This document shows positions 35,850 through 49,309 of a DNA stretch of 64,000 nt, piece after piece. Each line of letters starts with the position of its first letter. Within the stretch, counting starts at the first letter, position 1. The stretch comes from Amphiscolops sp. MND2022 (lineage: Eukaryota). Both the position numbers and the translations under genes were made by a program. The notes beneath the pieces were generated by a model. It searched no databases and was not told the DNA's origin. It was given only the letters and a program-made list of their open reading frames with translations. The stretch is taken from NCBI GenBank assembly GCA_964187785.1, contig OZ076409.1:45942001-46006000 (forward strand), read 5' to 3'.

Positions 35850-37200
35850 CAATGACTTCGCAAAATATCCAAAATCAGTTAAGTAACCAGGACGTTCAAA
35901 AAATGGTTCGCGTCCTGGAAAACAACGAACCACTGCCTAACCACGTAAACTTTGCAAGTCCCTTTTTCCAAAAACTCGTGAAAAATGAAAAGTTAACAAA
36001 GTCTTGTACAGGAACTTTTTTGATAACACTAGTGGAGTTCTATCGAAACAAATTGAAGTACCTCCAGAAACTACTATGCCCATATTCAGGACGATGCATG
36101 GCGACCCCATGCAGGGACACCCTGGGGCATCAAATATGTAGAATTCGGCAAGCGTTATTACATACGATGACTTAGTGAACACGTTTCAAAGTATGTTAGT
36201 AACTATACCGATTGCATCAAAGCCAAGCCTGTAGACCAAATGACTAGTCCCTCCTCAAGAGAAAATCTATGACCCCTGCAATGGTCCCGATGACGTACTC
36301 GAGATTGACCTAGTAGGCAAACTACCTTGTTCAAACGGTTACACGCACATCCTGACGGCGTGCGATTACTTCTCGCCTTATCTGTTGGCTGTCGCAATCC
36401 GTAAACCAGACACGAATTCTGTGGTGAACGCCCTCATGCAGAGATTCACTCAACACGCCTACGTACCAAAGTCAATCATTACCGACAAAGGCACTGCATT
36501 CACGTCAAGCATCATGACGGAAATAATGAAAATGTCGGAATCAAAATCGAACACGCGACTGTAAAACATGCCCAGACCATAGGGATGATAGAACGTTCCC
36601 ATCAAAGACTGAAGCAAATTCTAAAAATCAGCGTTTCAGCTGACTGTCCCCAATGAGACAAGTTTGTTAATCTAGCAGTCATGGCACACAACACCACCTA
36701 CCACCAGTCACTTAAATGTACACCCAGCGAAGTGTTCTACGGTAGGATTCCGTTTAACACACTAGACCTTAAATTCAGTAACTCTCTGAAATGCGAGACA
36801 ACGGAAACTTACACAGCTAAACTTGTCGATCAAGTCAACGAAAAGTACAAACAAGTAGACGACAACATACTCCAAGCCTACCACAAGTACAAAAGGTACT
36901 ACGACCGCAAAGCGCAGGCGTTACCCTTAAAAGTTTACGACTTCGCATTTCTACTTAACCCCAAAGTCACAACTCAGTCTCACAAAATCGCGTTCAACCA
37001 ATTCAAATGGGAAGGCTTTTTCAAAGTAGTAGAATTCCTCACCAACTTCAACTACACAATTAAAAAATTCGGAACTCTTCGAACTCAGTGCGTTCATAGG
37101 ATGCGACTACGTCCTTTTACTCAGAACGCACCAATACCGGACATTGAAGAAGACCCAAATCTCTTTTTTTGCTGAACCTGATGCGTCCTACGATCAAGAG
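35850..37200 (+). pseudogene. Gypsy integrase of element B
   Basis: PMQGHPG..C..C zinc region; EIDLVGKLPCSNGYTHILTACDYFS; IITDKGTAF; IGMIERSHQRLK; C-terminal TQCVHRMRLRPF. Confidence 0.9.
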
Positions 37201-37976
37201 TTCTTCATTGACCACATCCCTCAACTAATTCACTTCGAACCAACGCTCGAAACAGTAGAACGTGATGAGTTTGATACCGAACATGGCATCATATTCTATG
37301 ATCGGGCACAAAGAAAAACTGACAGACAACAGTAACAATTGATCCTTGAGAATTTCCCGCAAACTGTAGAACAACCACCTCACGACTCGTTCGTCAGCAA
37401 TAACACAAACGACGAGTACCGGGTTGAAACCGATGAAACTGCAGCCGACGATAACGAACTGACAAACAATAACAGCAGAACACAAGTCACGTCACGCAAT
37501 AACAGAATCACTTATACTCGGAAATTAACTCGCTGATAATTTATGCAATTCATGTAAAATCATTTACCAACCACACTCAAAAGGAAATGTGCTACATTTC
37601 TTGCTACCTTAGCTCACTGAAGGAAAAGAAAACATAAATAAACCACCAAACACACGGAAATGACAAATTATCACGACCTAACTGGTTGAATAATTTTATG
37701 TTCATTAAACCTAAACCTCGCCCTCCCCCCACAAGAATCATATGCAATCATAAGCATGTCTGTGTGGTTGGTCGTGCATATTCAGATGAAGCTTGCTCTT
37801 TAGCAAGTGGATTCATTGTTAGTTTCGAATGGGCTTTTGTGACAACAAAAACCTTTCGCTAGAAACGAACTGAAAGAAAGAATTCAAGACGCTAAAATAC
37901 AGTCATTGCAACACAAAAGAGAAAGTCCGTCATCAGAAAACTTCACGTATGCATGCAAACGACATGAAATAAATCA

Positions 37977-38288
37977 TGTAACGACTAAGCGTCAAAGATG
38001 TCGATGACACACATCACGAATGGTGACGTCGCATTGACACGCATCAGCGATGAATACGTCATAAACAGTACGTCCCGCAAGAAAAGACATGCAAACCAAA
38101 AACTGATTGACAGCCACAGCAAGGCAAAATGATGACAACGCCCGTCACAATACTTGTCAGTACGGTATAAAAGCGGAAAACCTAAAATGTTCAAGTCATC
38201 AGAAGGAGCGCAGCAGCTCCACCCACTCACCAAACGCCACTTGCGCCAAATGTATTATAACTGGCATTTGGTGAGTGAGAGCTTTACA
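37977..38288 (+). repeat. Short LTR-like segment (different family)
   Basis: TGTAA...TTACA termini, internal TATAAAA, followed by a-TGGTAG. No partner LTR or TSD seen. Confidence 0.35.
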
Positions 38289-38695
38289 ATGGTAGTCGCG
38301 AAAGTAACTACTCTACCATTTACGAAACAGCAGGTAAAGCTAAGCCGGCAACTCCAACAAATTGAAACCAGCTAAAAAACATGCAAATCTAGGATAAAAA
38401 TTTATGATAACGTAGATCGTCATGTAACAAGTAGAAATTAGTCAAAAACCCTAGAATTGAAAGAACCTCTGACCTGGTTTACTCTACGACTACGACTCAG
38501 TCACCAAAACATCCAATTGGCAAATAATTCAAATAATAAATAGCCAGCTGACCCTTTAAACCAGAGTCTCCTAGAAGGAGTACAAAACAAACAAGTGCCA
38601 GCATAATAATTCAAACAAACATTACACTCAAGTTAAATACATGTAAATTGCAAGATTTACAAGCAAAACACAAAACCATTCCAGCAAAAAAGCGA

Positions 38696-41600
38696 TCAGT
38701 AATATAGTTTTTTGAACAATCTCAACTCAGTTTTCATGTCAAGAAGTGTACAAGCCAGTTTAGCGACACTCTCATCCGACGAATCGATGACCTGTCTTCG
38801 CACTCGTTTCACTTTCTTCACCACCTTAGATGACCCAGTTGGGTTCGAAGCAACTATCTTCTTCACTGGTTTCTGTCGAGAATCTTTAACCATCGGACTC
38901 CGTTTTTTGGATTTTGCGGTCACACCTCCCGGCAGACGACCTCTGTTCCTCATCGCTGGCGAAAACTCCGACCCCACTCCTTTGAATTTCGATTGAGGCG
39001 ATGAAGTCACGACTAGGCTTACTTGAACCTGCAAACAAGGCGTCCGTTGGCTTGATGTGGACGGGCCAGGAGTATCCTCACTCACGGAATCATAAAATGC
39101 TGATTAGCCTAATTTCTGGATAGCTAATTTCGAAGCAGAGCCACGACCTCGACGACGAACAGGACTAAACAACTTATGCTACAAACACTCGAGCCGAGCG
39201 CACACCTTTTATCTGTGGGCATGTATAGGCATTATATCCTGTTCGACAACTCCACCTGTAAGTACACGGTCGCATTCAAGGTTGAATTCCGCTAACCCTC
39301 TCTTCAGAAATTGATCCCACGGGGACAACGCTCTGAATCGTGGAGACGCGACACCTGTAAAACCGTCGAAGCACAGTGGCGAATTAGTCCAACAAGCAAT
39401 TTTTTCGGTCGACCACTGAATCCTGCAGTCATCCAGCTTCGGACGAAATTCAATCTTGAACGCATCTCATCACAACAAATGGCAGAACAACCAAGATTTA
39501 AGAAGTCACAAGGTAGGTATATCATCAACGACAGGCTCATAAGCCTAATTAGGGCTCAGCCAACGGTGCCGAAAGTAGATGCTGACTTCTTGTACTGCTG
39601 CAACACAACTGTTCCCATGTTTTCTCCAATAACTTTACTCCGGGTTAACAACAGGCACACATCCATCAAGGAATCCACAAGACGGTTTCTTGAACCTTGA
39701 ATGATCAATACTGGATCGAAAGGCATGAGGCACATACGATCTCCTTGGTCTTGCAGGTATTCGGATGCTAGAGACACACACAACCCCTGTAGGAACTGCG
39801 GCACTTCCCGGTAGAAAAACGGCTGTTGAGCGCTCACGTCAAAACGGAAGTACTGTCCGAACAACACATGGTATCTGTAGGAACTGCGGCACTTCCCGGT
39901 AGAAAAACGGCTGTTGAGCGCTCAAGTCAAAACGGAAGTACTGTCCCAACAACACTGTCATTGTCCACGGGCTTTAACACCATATCAGACACTGTCAAAA
40001 TCAAGTCAATGTCAAAAGCAGCGGGAACATCGGTCGCATCCTGAATAAGTAAGCGGAGGGATATAATAAAAGCTGCGGATTCACGATGAAAGCAAGTGTC
40101 TCGAACCCGATTGGTCGAACATGCTCGTGGACACTCATCGACGACTGAAATACAAAGTTGTCACTGCGGTAACTAAACTCAAATTCCGACACACACCCAC
40201 TCAACCACAACTCAAATCTCCCACACACAACTTTTGTAACCAGCAGAAAACAAAAAACACAACCAAACCAAGAGGTACTTACGAATCGTCAATAGATAAC
40301 GCAGAACTGCAAAGCGTGGTCGTGACAACCGTTCCTCAAACAAGTACAAATCGAAAAACGGTTGCGTCCGGATTTCAGCTGGCTTAGTGGAGCGATATGT
40401 CCCAAAGTAGAGCATTACAATACATATGTCGCAACGAACTAGCTAGATCTTGCTAGTTCGATTAACAGCCAATAAAAACGCGTTCCTATTTCAGATACGC
40501 GTTACGAGTTTTGCTCGTTACACTGTGTGTTTTGGCGTTACGCGTATAGATCAAAATATAGTAAATGACTACTCTACAGTCTCTACATTTGCGTACTTTG
40601 ACTGCTTTCCACTTCACGCATGAATGGAAGCATCGTTGGAGTTCTTTTTACTCACGGTGAGTACCAAAATGTGACTAGTTTCCACTTTTCTATAATTAGG
40701 TACGCTCAATGATCACATTCCGCAATTTCTCATTACACTGTGCATAACAATCCATGATGAACACGGTGCATTGTTTGATAAGAATACGGTTCGCTCTCGT
40801 TTTACGGAAAATACAGTTTACACTTGATGATAAATTCCACTTTTGCGGCATATGTATTGTAATGAGACCCAAATCATCCAACATCTCTACAAGTTCCACG
40901 CAGACACGCGAAGAGCAACGGCAGATTCAAATCTTCTCTGTACGAACTAAAAAAACCATACCAAACGCTCAACAGTCAGCAAAACATGTAGAAACCCCCA
41001 CCTCACTCAAAAATAAGAGACAAACAAAAACAACTGGTTACTACACACCCACTCAGCAAAGCAAGAAAAAAAGGCGTCGCATACCCAAGCAATTACACAA
41101 ACAAAACACAAAACACAGCGAACCTGACGCAGTTCTGGCATCTTGTCAAACGGGTGATCAGCAATCACCCTCGCCAGTCGACACTTCAAGAAATCAAGCA
41201 CTTCGTAAGGGTCCACCCCACCGAACTGGCTAGTGAACTGGCGACGAAACACATCATGCGACCACGTGAGGCCACGAACCCAATCGACTACAGGTACGGT
41301 AGGTGAAATGACACTCGCAGTAGCACGTCCAACTGCAGGATCTCCTTTGACACAAACCACATTCACACTGGTCACATCGTCAAGACAACTGAGATGTGCA
41401 GCAACCACGTGAGTTAATTGCTTCTGCCAACTTTCACCAGGTAAGAAAGCACTTAAGCAACTGGACTTGACATCACAACCGTCGACCACATGACAATCGA
41501 CGCGCCACACTTTCCCGTCTCGGTAGAGCCGCAAACCCACACAACATCCTCTGGTCATCATGTCATGGATTTGTTCCAAGACGTAAGGATATAATCCGTA

Positions 41601-43900
41601 CAGAACAAGGCTCTAAACACACGTCACACTAGAAGTAACAGTTCTCAGAACACATTCCCCCGAGAACCCGATGAACACCACTAGACCACAATTACATTAA
41701 ACAAAAAGAAACTTCTTTTTCTTTTACCTTGCTTCTGTTAAATTACCCCCTCCAATACTGCTACTACTGAGCATACCTGAAATTGCTCGTAGTTGAGTAA
41801 GCGCTGGGTAAAACTCAACTCAGTCTGTGTACACATTGTCCAATGTTCCACCTGTGATGTGACAGTTTAAAATTGGTAGCAGACAAGAAACTGTTCAGAA
41901 AACTACTGAGCCACAGATAAGCTCCACTCTCAGAAGATAACACCGGACGGGCCTCGGCTTCCGCTTCTGCCTCCTCAATCGCCATCCTCCTGTCAATCGA
42001 TAAACCCAAGAGGGACTCCAGGTAAAACGCGGGCCCAGCCATGCGATTCAACTGAATGCAAATGAAAGAACGATCTAGCAAAGGACGCTGGGTCATAATC
42101 TGGAACTATTGTTCCAGTCAAGTGTGCTCGGCGCCCTTCCAGTGCACCCACAAATTACCCAATCCACGTCCAGCGCTGCTGATATCCCCTTTACACATCA
42201 TACATTGCACATACCCGTCGATAACCCGCTTATGACGTGGGAAGCCGACGAACAGACTCAGGACAGGCAACACGAAATAGGATGACTTCGGAGTATTGAT
42301 CTTTCGCTTCCTTGCTAAAAACAAAATGAAGCCAATAAGCGAACCATTATCAAACTAGCGACATCCTAAAGAGCACCCAACGCCGCGAAGTAAAAAAAAC
42401 ACTCAAGCAACGACCATCAAAACACTCAGCTATAACAACGTTTTAAACAAAATAATTTCCTCTGTATGTTTATCTTCTCCTTTTTCCACCCTAATGTCGC
42501 AGTTGAGTCAAATAATACGGTTAAACGAAGAGTCTACCACCAAAACCCCTCATGAGGTTCTTACCAGGTTACAGTTTTGACAACGACGGCAGATCAGCAA
42601 CATGATTGTAGACCGATGAGGCTACATCTACACCTAAAGCAGTAGGCACAGACGACGCCCCGTCTACTGAACCAGCGGTGACAGTTGATGACCGCACACC
42701 AAAAACAGACGCAGTTGGGAAATTCATCAGAGGTACAACAGCTTCGAAAGCGACTGCGCCTGGGGCAACTATCTCTTGAACAACGGCTTTCAACCGCTGC
42801 ATGAACTCGTCCATAGCCATAGCTCCTACGGCCCATTGATGACTCGACAGCTGCCTTCACCCAGCGGTTGACATCACGCTCCAATTGTGCTTCTAATTAA
42901 AGTCTCTCAGTAGGTTACGAGATCAGCAGTAGACGTCTCGGCATCTACAACAGACGAAATCACATGAAACCTCCTAACAATGTCTGCACTTTCCTCCGAC
43001 TTCCTCTTTACAATGACAATGGCCCTTTGCATAGCGGACATCCAACAGGACCCCTTGGGAATACAAACCCCGGATAAACACAAAAAATGCCAAGTGCAGT
43101 ATGACAACGACAAACGACAGTCGTCTACAACCTTCAAATTCATGCAAACCCCCCAACGACCACATACAGTGAATGACGCGAGATAAGTAAAAAACAACGA
43201 ACACTAGTGTGGTACTTACTGAACTCCTCAGATAGAGCTATTTCAAGCAGTTCTCAAGAGCGGGACGGACCGACGACGATACACGGGCAGACAACCCACA
43301 ACACGCAGGAACATTCACAGCCGTAACTGCCATTTGACCCAAGTCCGGTGATTCAGAGTCTGAAGACAACTCTTCCACCACAAGAAGACAGCTCTCTGCT
43401 TGAGACACAAGCGAATTCAAATCGAAGTCAAAGCTTTCGTCGTCTAAACCGGACAAAGAACGAGAGGTGTGAAGACGAAATAATACCATATCCACCCAGT
43501 ATAAACGCAAGACAGAAGTACCTGGCAAACACTGGACTACAACTAGACAAGATCATCTTTCATTTCACGGATTGTGTGTCCTGATCAACTACTCAATTCA
43601 AAAAAGGTGAAAATGTCACAAGAAAAAATTCAACAAAACGAAAAATGCTAACTACAGCCTTTTCAATTTGAAAATCCCAAACAAGCTCTTCAAATGGATG
43701 TCACACCTCACACCCAAAATCACTAGTTGTGATCCAAGTAATTCCAGTTACAATTAATTTGCCTCGAAAGACAAAAAGGAAGCCAAGTTGGTATAACTTA
43801 GACAACCACACAACCCGCAAGATGTCCTTACCAGTCTCCATATCAAGCAAACCAAAGAAAGAAAAACCAACCCCGGTAAACACCGTAACAATTAACTAAT
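38696..43900 (-). pseudogene. Antisense ORF remnants between IN and the 3' LTR, including a BED-type zinc finger
   Basis: Series of minus-strand ORFs (43528-43238, 42820-42569, 42324-42118, 42096-41815, 41579-41007, 39867-39304, 39085-38696). 42324-42118 contains GYVQCMMCKGDISSAGRGLGNLWVHWKGAEH (CxxC...H....H). Confidence 0.6.
39787..39957 (+). repeat. 88-bp tandem duplication
   Basis: ctgtaggaactgcggcac...gtactgtcc..acaacac starts at 39787 and again at 39875, nearly identical. Confidence 0.95.
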
Positions 43901-44019
43901 CAGGAAGTGGCGAACAAACAGTAACAAAACAGTTGAAGCAGAGCTACTTGCAGCAGAATGGTTTTGAGAAAGCGAAACACGACTATCAATAACATCAAAC
44001 TTCCAACGGAATACCGACT

Positions 44020-44160
44020 GCCGCGGTCACTTCCGATCACTATTTACTTTAACCCGACTACTTTCCAAACGCGCACGACAAGATGACGTGGCATACAATT
44101 GCCACCGTTGAACTATTTACTCGCAATACTTCCACACGAACTGTTCAGTGACGTCACAAT
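44020..44160 (-). promoter_or_regulatory. Promoter-like motif cluster upstream of the antisense cargo
   Basis: CRE TGACGTCA at 44149-44156, TGACGTGG at about 44084, and ETS-like CGGAAGTG (minus strand) at about 44028-44035. Confidence 0.3.
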
Positions 44161-44224
44161 TCTCTGTCTCTTTCCGCTGCTTGCTGTGCTGGTACCTATT
44201 TCCGACCTAGGTACCTATTTCTGT

Positions 44225-45477
44225 TGTCACGAGTCGTCATCATTCAAATACTATCCAATCACCGAACTGCATTAAACGAAGATGAATAATTGCCAACCAA
44301 CGATTGAAGCTTCCAGTCGTCAGAATCGGAAACACTCACATGCGCAAACGAGCTAAATCTGAACCACCCTTCTCCACAATTTCTTGAGCCCATACTTCAT
44401 TTTGTTTTCAAAGGGTCGGACTTTCGTACCGAACGACATGATTTCTTTAACGACGACACGCCCCAGTTGTGAAAATTTGCAATTGGAACTCAACACGAAC
44501 TAAAAATTCATGAAACAATTATACAGAAAAGAATGACCGGCCTAACCAGTTGTCAAATTTCGTAAAACACATTGCATGCAGTTTTACATAGAGTTATACA
44601 GTGTATCGATTGGCATTTCACGAAAATCATTTCCATTTTTTTAAGCAGTATTCATCAATCCATTTCATTCAGTAGTTGCAAGTTTCATGGATTGCGTCGA
44701 TTCAAACCAATAACCAAAGCAATTAGTCGTCACCAACAATTAGTGCATTGATCTATATTATATGAAAGTTTTGTATCCATAGTAACCACCACCACTTTAT
44801 TCGTGAATCAGCCGGAGCTGAATGTGTGAAGATTAGAAATGTAATAACAGGTGCGAAAGTGCTGTGAAAGATTAACGACGACCAAAGTTACCAGTCGCTT
44901 ACCGCACCTTGAAGTGTGACTAGCCAAATCAATAAGAAACACCGAAGAAGTAGACGCAAAGTATTAGGTGTTATGTACGCTTGCCTTGTAATACAGAAGA
45001 TGCTAAACAAAGTAGAAAATAACCAGTTGAAATTGTGCTACCATTGAGAACAGACGTATCCTACACGATATCGAAATTGACTTTTTACCTTGCTCACTTA
45101 TCAATACATTGACAAAATTCCAATTCAACAATAATTCAAACCTTTCAAAACTAACTAATTAACTTGAAAATGGTGAATACAAGATCTCAGAGAGAATGGG
45201 TTAGAACAGACAGAAGAAGATGGATTTTCTGATAATGGAGATAACATCAGCGTGGCTGACAACTATTCGGGGAGTTATTTCAATGATTATAATGATGAAG
45301 CGATGAGATAGCAAGAGAGGGATCATGAAAGATCCAGGATAGAACAGAGAATCTTAGAAATGAATAAGCAGATTGGCGAATTGACGAGCACGGTTAGAGC
45401 TCTTACTGAGAAAGTTACAAACCGGGAAGAGAGTGATCTTAACGTCCGTAACTTCAGGACGTTGCCTCCTTCTGACA
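44225..45477 (+). repeat. 3' LTR of element B
   Basis: tgtcacgag...tctgaca, colinear with 27139-28157. No clear polypurine tract upstream. Confidence 0.8.
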
Positions 45478-45799
45478 GTCTTCTTTCTTGAAAACTTCAT
45501 GTTCAAGGTTTTTGAGACTCTTTCCAACTTTCCTACTGTTGATTAGTTTCATATCATTCAGTAACATGGATGTTTAAAAATACCACTTCACACAGTTAGT
45601 TCTTTTTAAATTTCGCCACACAGACGGATTATTGACAGACGATTGTTTTTCAAAAGTCTCCGAGACACAAACTTATGATATTTGACAGTTTGACAACTCC
45701 ACAATCACCTTATTTCGTTTCGATCCTTTTTGATTCGGTCCAAAGAACCTCTATATTCGTAGCCTTCCGCAATATGTTCCAGAAGTTTTTCGATTTCAG

Positions 45800-45989
45800 G
45801 TACTCTGTCTTTCAAATAGGGACTAAGACCGGCTGGAATTCTGAAGTTGATGTTTCGACGTCGATCAGTAAAACTTTGCTAGCTCTGATTGCTTTTTGCC
45901 TGGTGGTGAATAGTGCGGCCACTGCTCTCATCTACTTGTGCATTAAGCCAATTCGTCAAGCTTTTTCCAAGAACCACCCAACCAACTAG
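45800..45989 (+). CDS. Duplicated GPCR terminal exon (alternative last exon or orphan paralog fragment)
   Basis: Acceptor ttttcgatttcAG at 45798-45799, same phase as 8803. Intact frame GYSVFQIGTKTGWNSEVDVSTSISKTLLALIAFCLVVNSAATALIYLCIKPIRQAFSKNHPTN*. Flanks 45620-46080 are homologous to 8620-9085. Confidence 0.6.
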
Positions 45990-47178
45990 CAGCAATCAAA
46001 TGTAAACTGAGTTCTGACAATCGTAAAGGTATTCAACTCACTTCGAAGTCTGCAAACGTTTCAGCGACAGATGAATTGGAGTACACTAGGGTACCAACGC
46101 TAAAGACACTCAATTCAGCTGACAATTATTTTCATAATGGAATTATTTTTACGTAATCAATTGGCACAAACTCACAGGGGCAAAATTGTCTCAAGTTTTG
46201 ATCGAGTTCACAACGATATTTTTTCTTATGAAATCATAAAAAGTACAACAGTTAAAAGACTCAGCTTTTGTATTTTCATGCAATTCATTCTGAAACATCT
46301 CGAAAACCGTTGTTCGTAACAAAATATGTCTCCAACAAATGTGCATTTGATTCAAATCTGTAAACCATTGACACTGTTCCTCAAAAACTCCTCCTTTAAA
46401 AGTTACACGAAATGAAACAAAACTTTCACATTTTACACCAATAAATAATGTTTTGGCAGAACTGCAAAAGCATTTAGCTGTTCATTCCTCATGATATCAA
46501 AAAAGTTTGGGACAAAAATTAAAGAGAGGTGTGTAGGCTACAAGAATGATCGACGGAAATTTTTGTCTGACAGGTATTTTCTGAGATGCTTTCGGTCGGT
46601 GCTTCACATGTCACGGAGGGATTCACAAATTCGCCAAAGGACGCGGGCACGGAAGGAACTATTGAAACGTTAGACTACTAAATTCTTCTTACGGTACAGC
46701 TAGATACTTTGTAAAGTTTTTTCTGAATAAGGAAAATTGATGTAAAGTCTACTTAATGCTCTGCAAAATGATTTTCGAAACAGCAAAAAACTTCCGATGT
46801 ATCAATCTTAAGTGTGATCGTTTTTTCGGTTTCAACTTCTGAGATCCACATACTGATCTAAATAGCAAAACAAGAGACAAAATTCACGACAGAAAATTGG
46901 TTCGTCTTTTTCACCCTGAAGTGGAACATTAGGAACAGTATTTAGTTTTGTGACCCTAACGGAGCTCATGTGATCTAAAATGAAATGAACATAAAAAACA
47001 GTATAGTGGACTGTTTTCCAGCGCTAAAGTAGTTGTCAAAATTCACTTAAACTACAGTCAAGCAATCCAAGTAAACAATTAGAACGTTATTGCAACGTCA
47101 CTCAGCAAAACTAGTAACTGGTGTTTCTATTTTACGGAACAATAGCGTTGTCCCTTTGCAGAGCTATTTACGCTCTGT

Positions 47179-47207
47179 CCAATCAGAATGATTTTCTCCT
47201 GACGTCA
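47179..47207 (+). promoter_or_regulatory. CCAAT box plus CRE motif
   Basis: CCAAT at 47179 and TGACGTCA at 47200-47207. No associated gene identified. Confidence 0.2.
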
Positions 47208-48257
47208 TCAGCTGAGAGAATAATAACGAGCGCCTGAACTCTCCGCAATCTCTCCGTTCAACTATGCCTGACCTTAATACGTACGGAGACGTTACGGGGC
47301 AAATTGTAAAATTGTAACTGTAAGAATCATGCTCAAGTAGGATAGGATTTGAAAAGAGTATCCCAAGAAATCGACGCGTTGTAAAGGATCTGAGAATAAG
47401 TTAAATTGGTGGAAGCTGTACTGTAAGGAAGAATTATCAGATTGTTTACTATAATGTCTTTGTTTGCACTACGACACCAAACATGAAATTAAGTTTACCT
47501 TACGTTACAAATAACTTTCCTTGAAAAGAGTGAAGTCGAATATTCCATTGCAACCATGAACTACAAAATAGTTTTTCGTCCAAAAACGTAACGAAATGTC
47601 ATCGTCGCCAAATGTACAAACCGTGGTATTAAGAAGGGAAACACGTCATAGTTTTCCATTTCTTGTGTTATATATTCGTACTCGTGTAGTGGTGCTAATT
47701 TTCAATTGCGTTCAAGTTAAGCTACATAATTATCATATAAGTCTTGTATTATAATAACTTGTTCTCGTGAAGGACGTGTTATGTCCGGATTTGTGTTAGG
47801 TTTCTAGTACCTTCGTACAAATTATGCAGTTTGCCAATGTTGGCATCTGATGTTTTTGATGCTACATGTTTCAGTAAATGTTCGTTCATACCCATAATGA
47901 CAGTAATATGTTATTCCAGCATCATTTGTTCCTTTTCATCAACATTCTGATATTTCTCTGCTCTCAAAAACATTTGCTCTGTTTCAGCCGCGTTGCCAAT
48001 TTTGTGTGTGATACTTTTGTCTTAATCTTCAAAACGCTCAATTTTGAAATTAACTATTTGACAACGCCGGCGTGTCTTCGTCGATGAACATATTGAGCAG
48101 AGTCCTAATTTGCCGCCATCTCGAAGTTCAAACAGGAAACGCGATAGGATGACCAAAAACTATTTTTTCAACAAACGCTACGTAAGAGTGACGCATCTAG
48201 GAATTTTGATACCTGACGTTAGGTCGTCGAACTGAAATGATTTGGATTTCATGATAT

Positions 48258-48457
48258 NNNNNNNNNNNNNNNNNNNNNNNNNNNNNNNNNNNNNNNNNNN
48301 NNNNNNNNNNNNNNNNNNNNNNNNNNNNNNNNNNNNNNNNNNNNNNNNNNNNNNNNNNNNNNNNNNNNNNNNNNNNNNNNNNNNNNNNNNNNNNNNNNNN
48401 NNNNNNNNNNNNNNNNNNNNNNNNNNNNNNNNNNNNNNNNNNNNNNNNNNNNNNNNN
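48258..48457. other. Assembly gap (200 N)
   Basis: Run of N. Confidence 1.
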
Positions 48458-49309
48458 ATCAGGATTTTTAAGAGAGTTTTGACTGGAAGTTGTAGTAATA
48501 GAAATAATAGTTAAGAGAGGAGTTGTGACTGAAGTGTTCATGTCATGATTTTTATATGAGGCAAAGTTGATAGTACGTTGAGTCAGAAAATGATTAGGAG
48601 GATTGGTATCGGTTGGGAGAGTCAATTCAAGAACGTCAAATTTGGAAGAGTTTGATGGAGTGAACGTCATTTTCAAAAGTTGGACAAGTCATTTTCAGTT
48701 CTTATCAAGTATGAGGTTCGCGTAAGATTTCGCGCGCGGAACAACAGAAGAGAGAAAGGTTTAAAGGTTTCAAGTGGAAATCTACGAGAGGATAAATTTT
48801 CAGTGAGCTTTCAGGAGACTGATTGAATTTGGTATTGACAGCATTTAATGGAATGTCATCATAATTAATCGGTGTTGGAAAAAAGTTATAATTTAGTAAA
48901 TTGCCAAGCTTTATGAACGTGTGAACATGAAACTCAAAAGGAGAGGTGACAAAAGAGGTGTCTTTGTTAGAATTTGAATAAAAAAAAAGGTTTAGGAGAT
49001 TTAATAGAAGTCATTTTGGACGTTTGTTTTCGGGAAAAACGTTAACAATATAACAGCTCGGTGTGGTGAAGGAGGTGCTGCAATAGTTTCATGGTTTGGC
49101 AGTGAAAGAGAGTAAGGCCTTAAAGATGGGTCAGCTGGAGATATGTCATTATTAGCTGTAAATGTTGAAGGTATGGCAATTAGTTGCATAATGTTTTGAA
49201 GTTTCAATTTTAATAACGGATTTATATGAGTCTCGATTTTTACTTTGGTTAGTTTTAGGACTTTGAGTAGAATCTGAGTCACTATGTGTATTCGAGTCAA
49301 CCGTGTTAG

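Larger units (their letters stand above)
27139..45477 (+). mobile_element. Gypsy LTR retrotransposon (element B), full span with nested insertions
   Basis: LTRs TGTCA...TGACA at both ends, PBS, gag-PR-RT-RH-IN order, and a near-perfect 5-bp TSD GTCTC / GTCTT. Confidence 0.85.
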
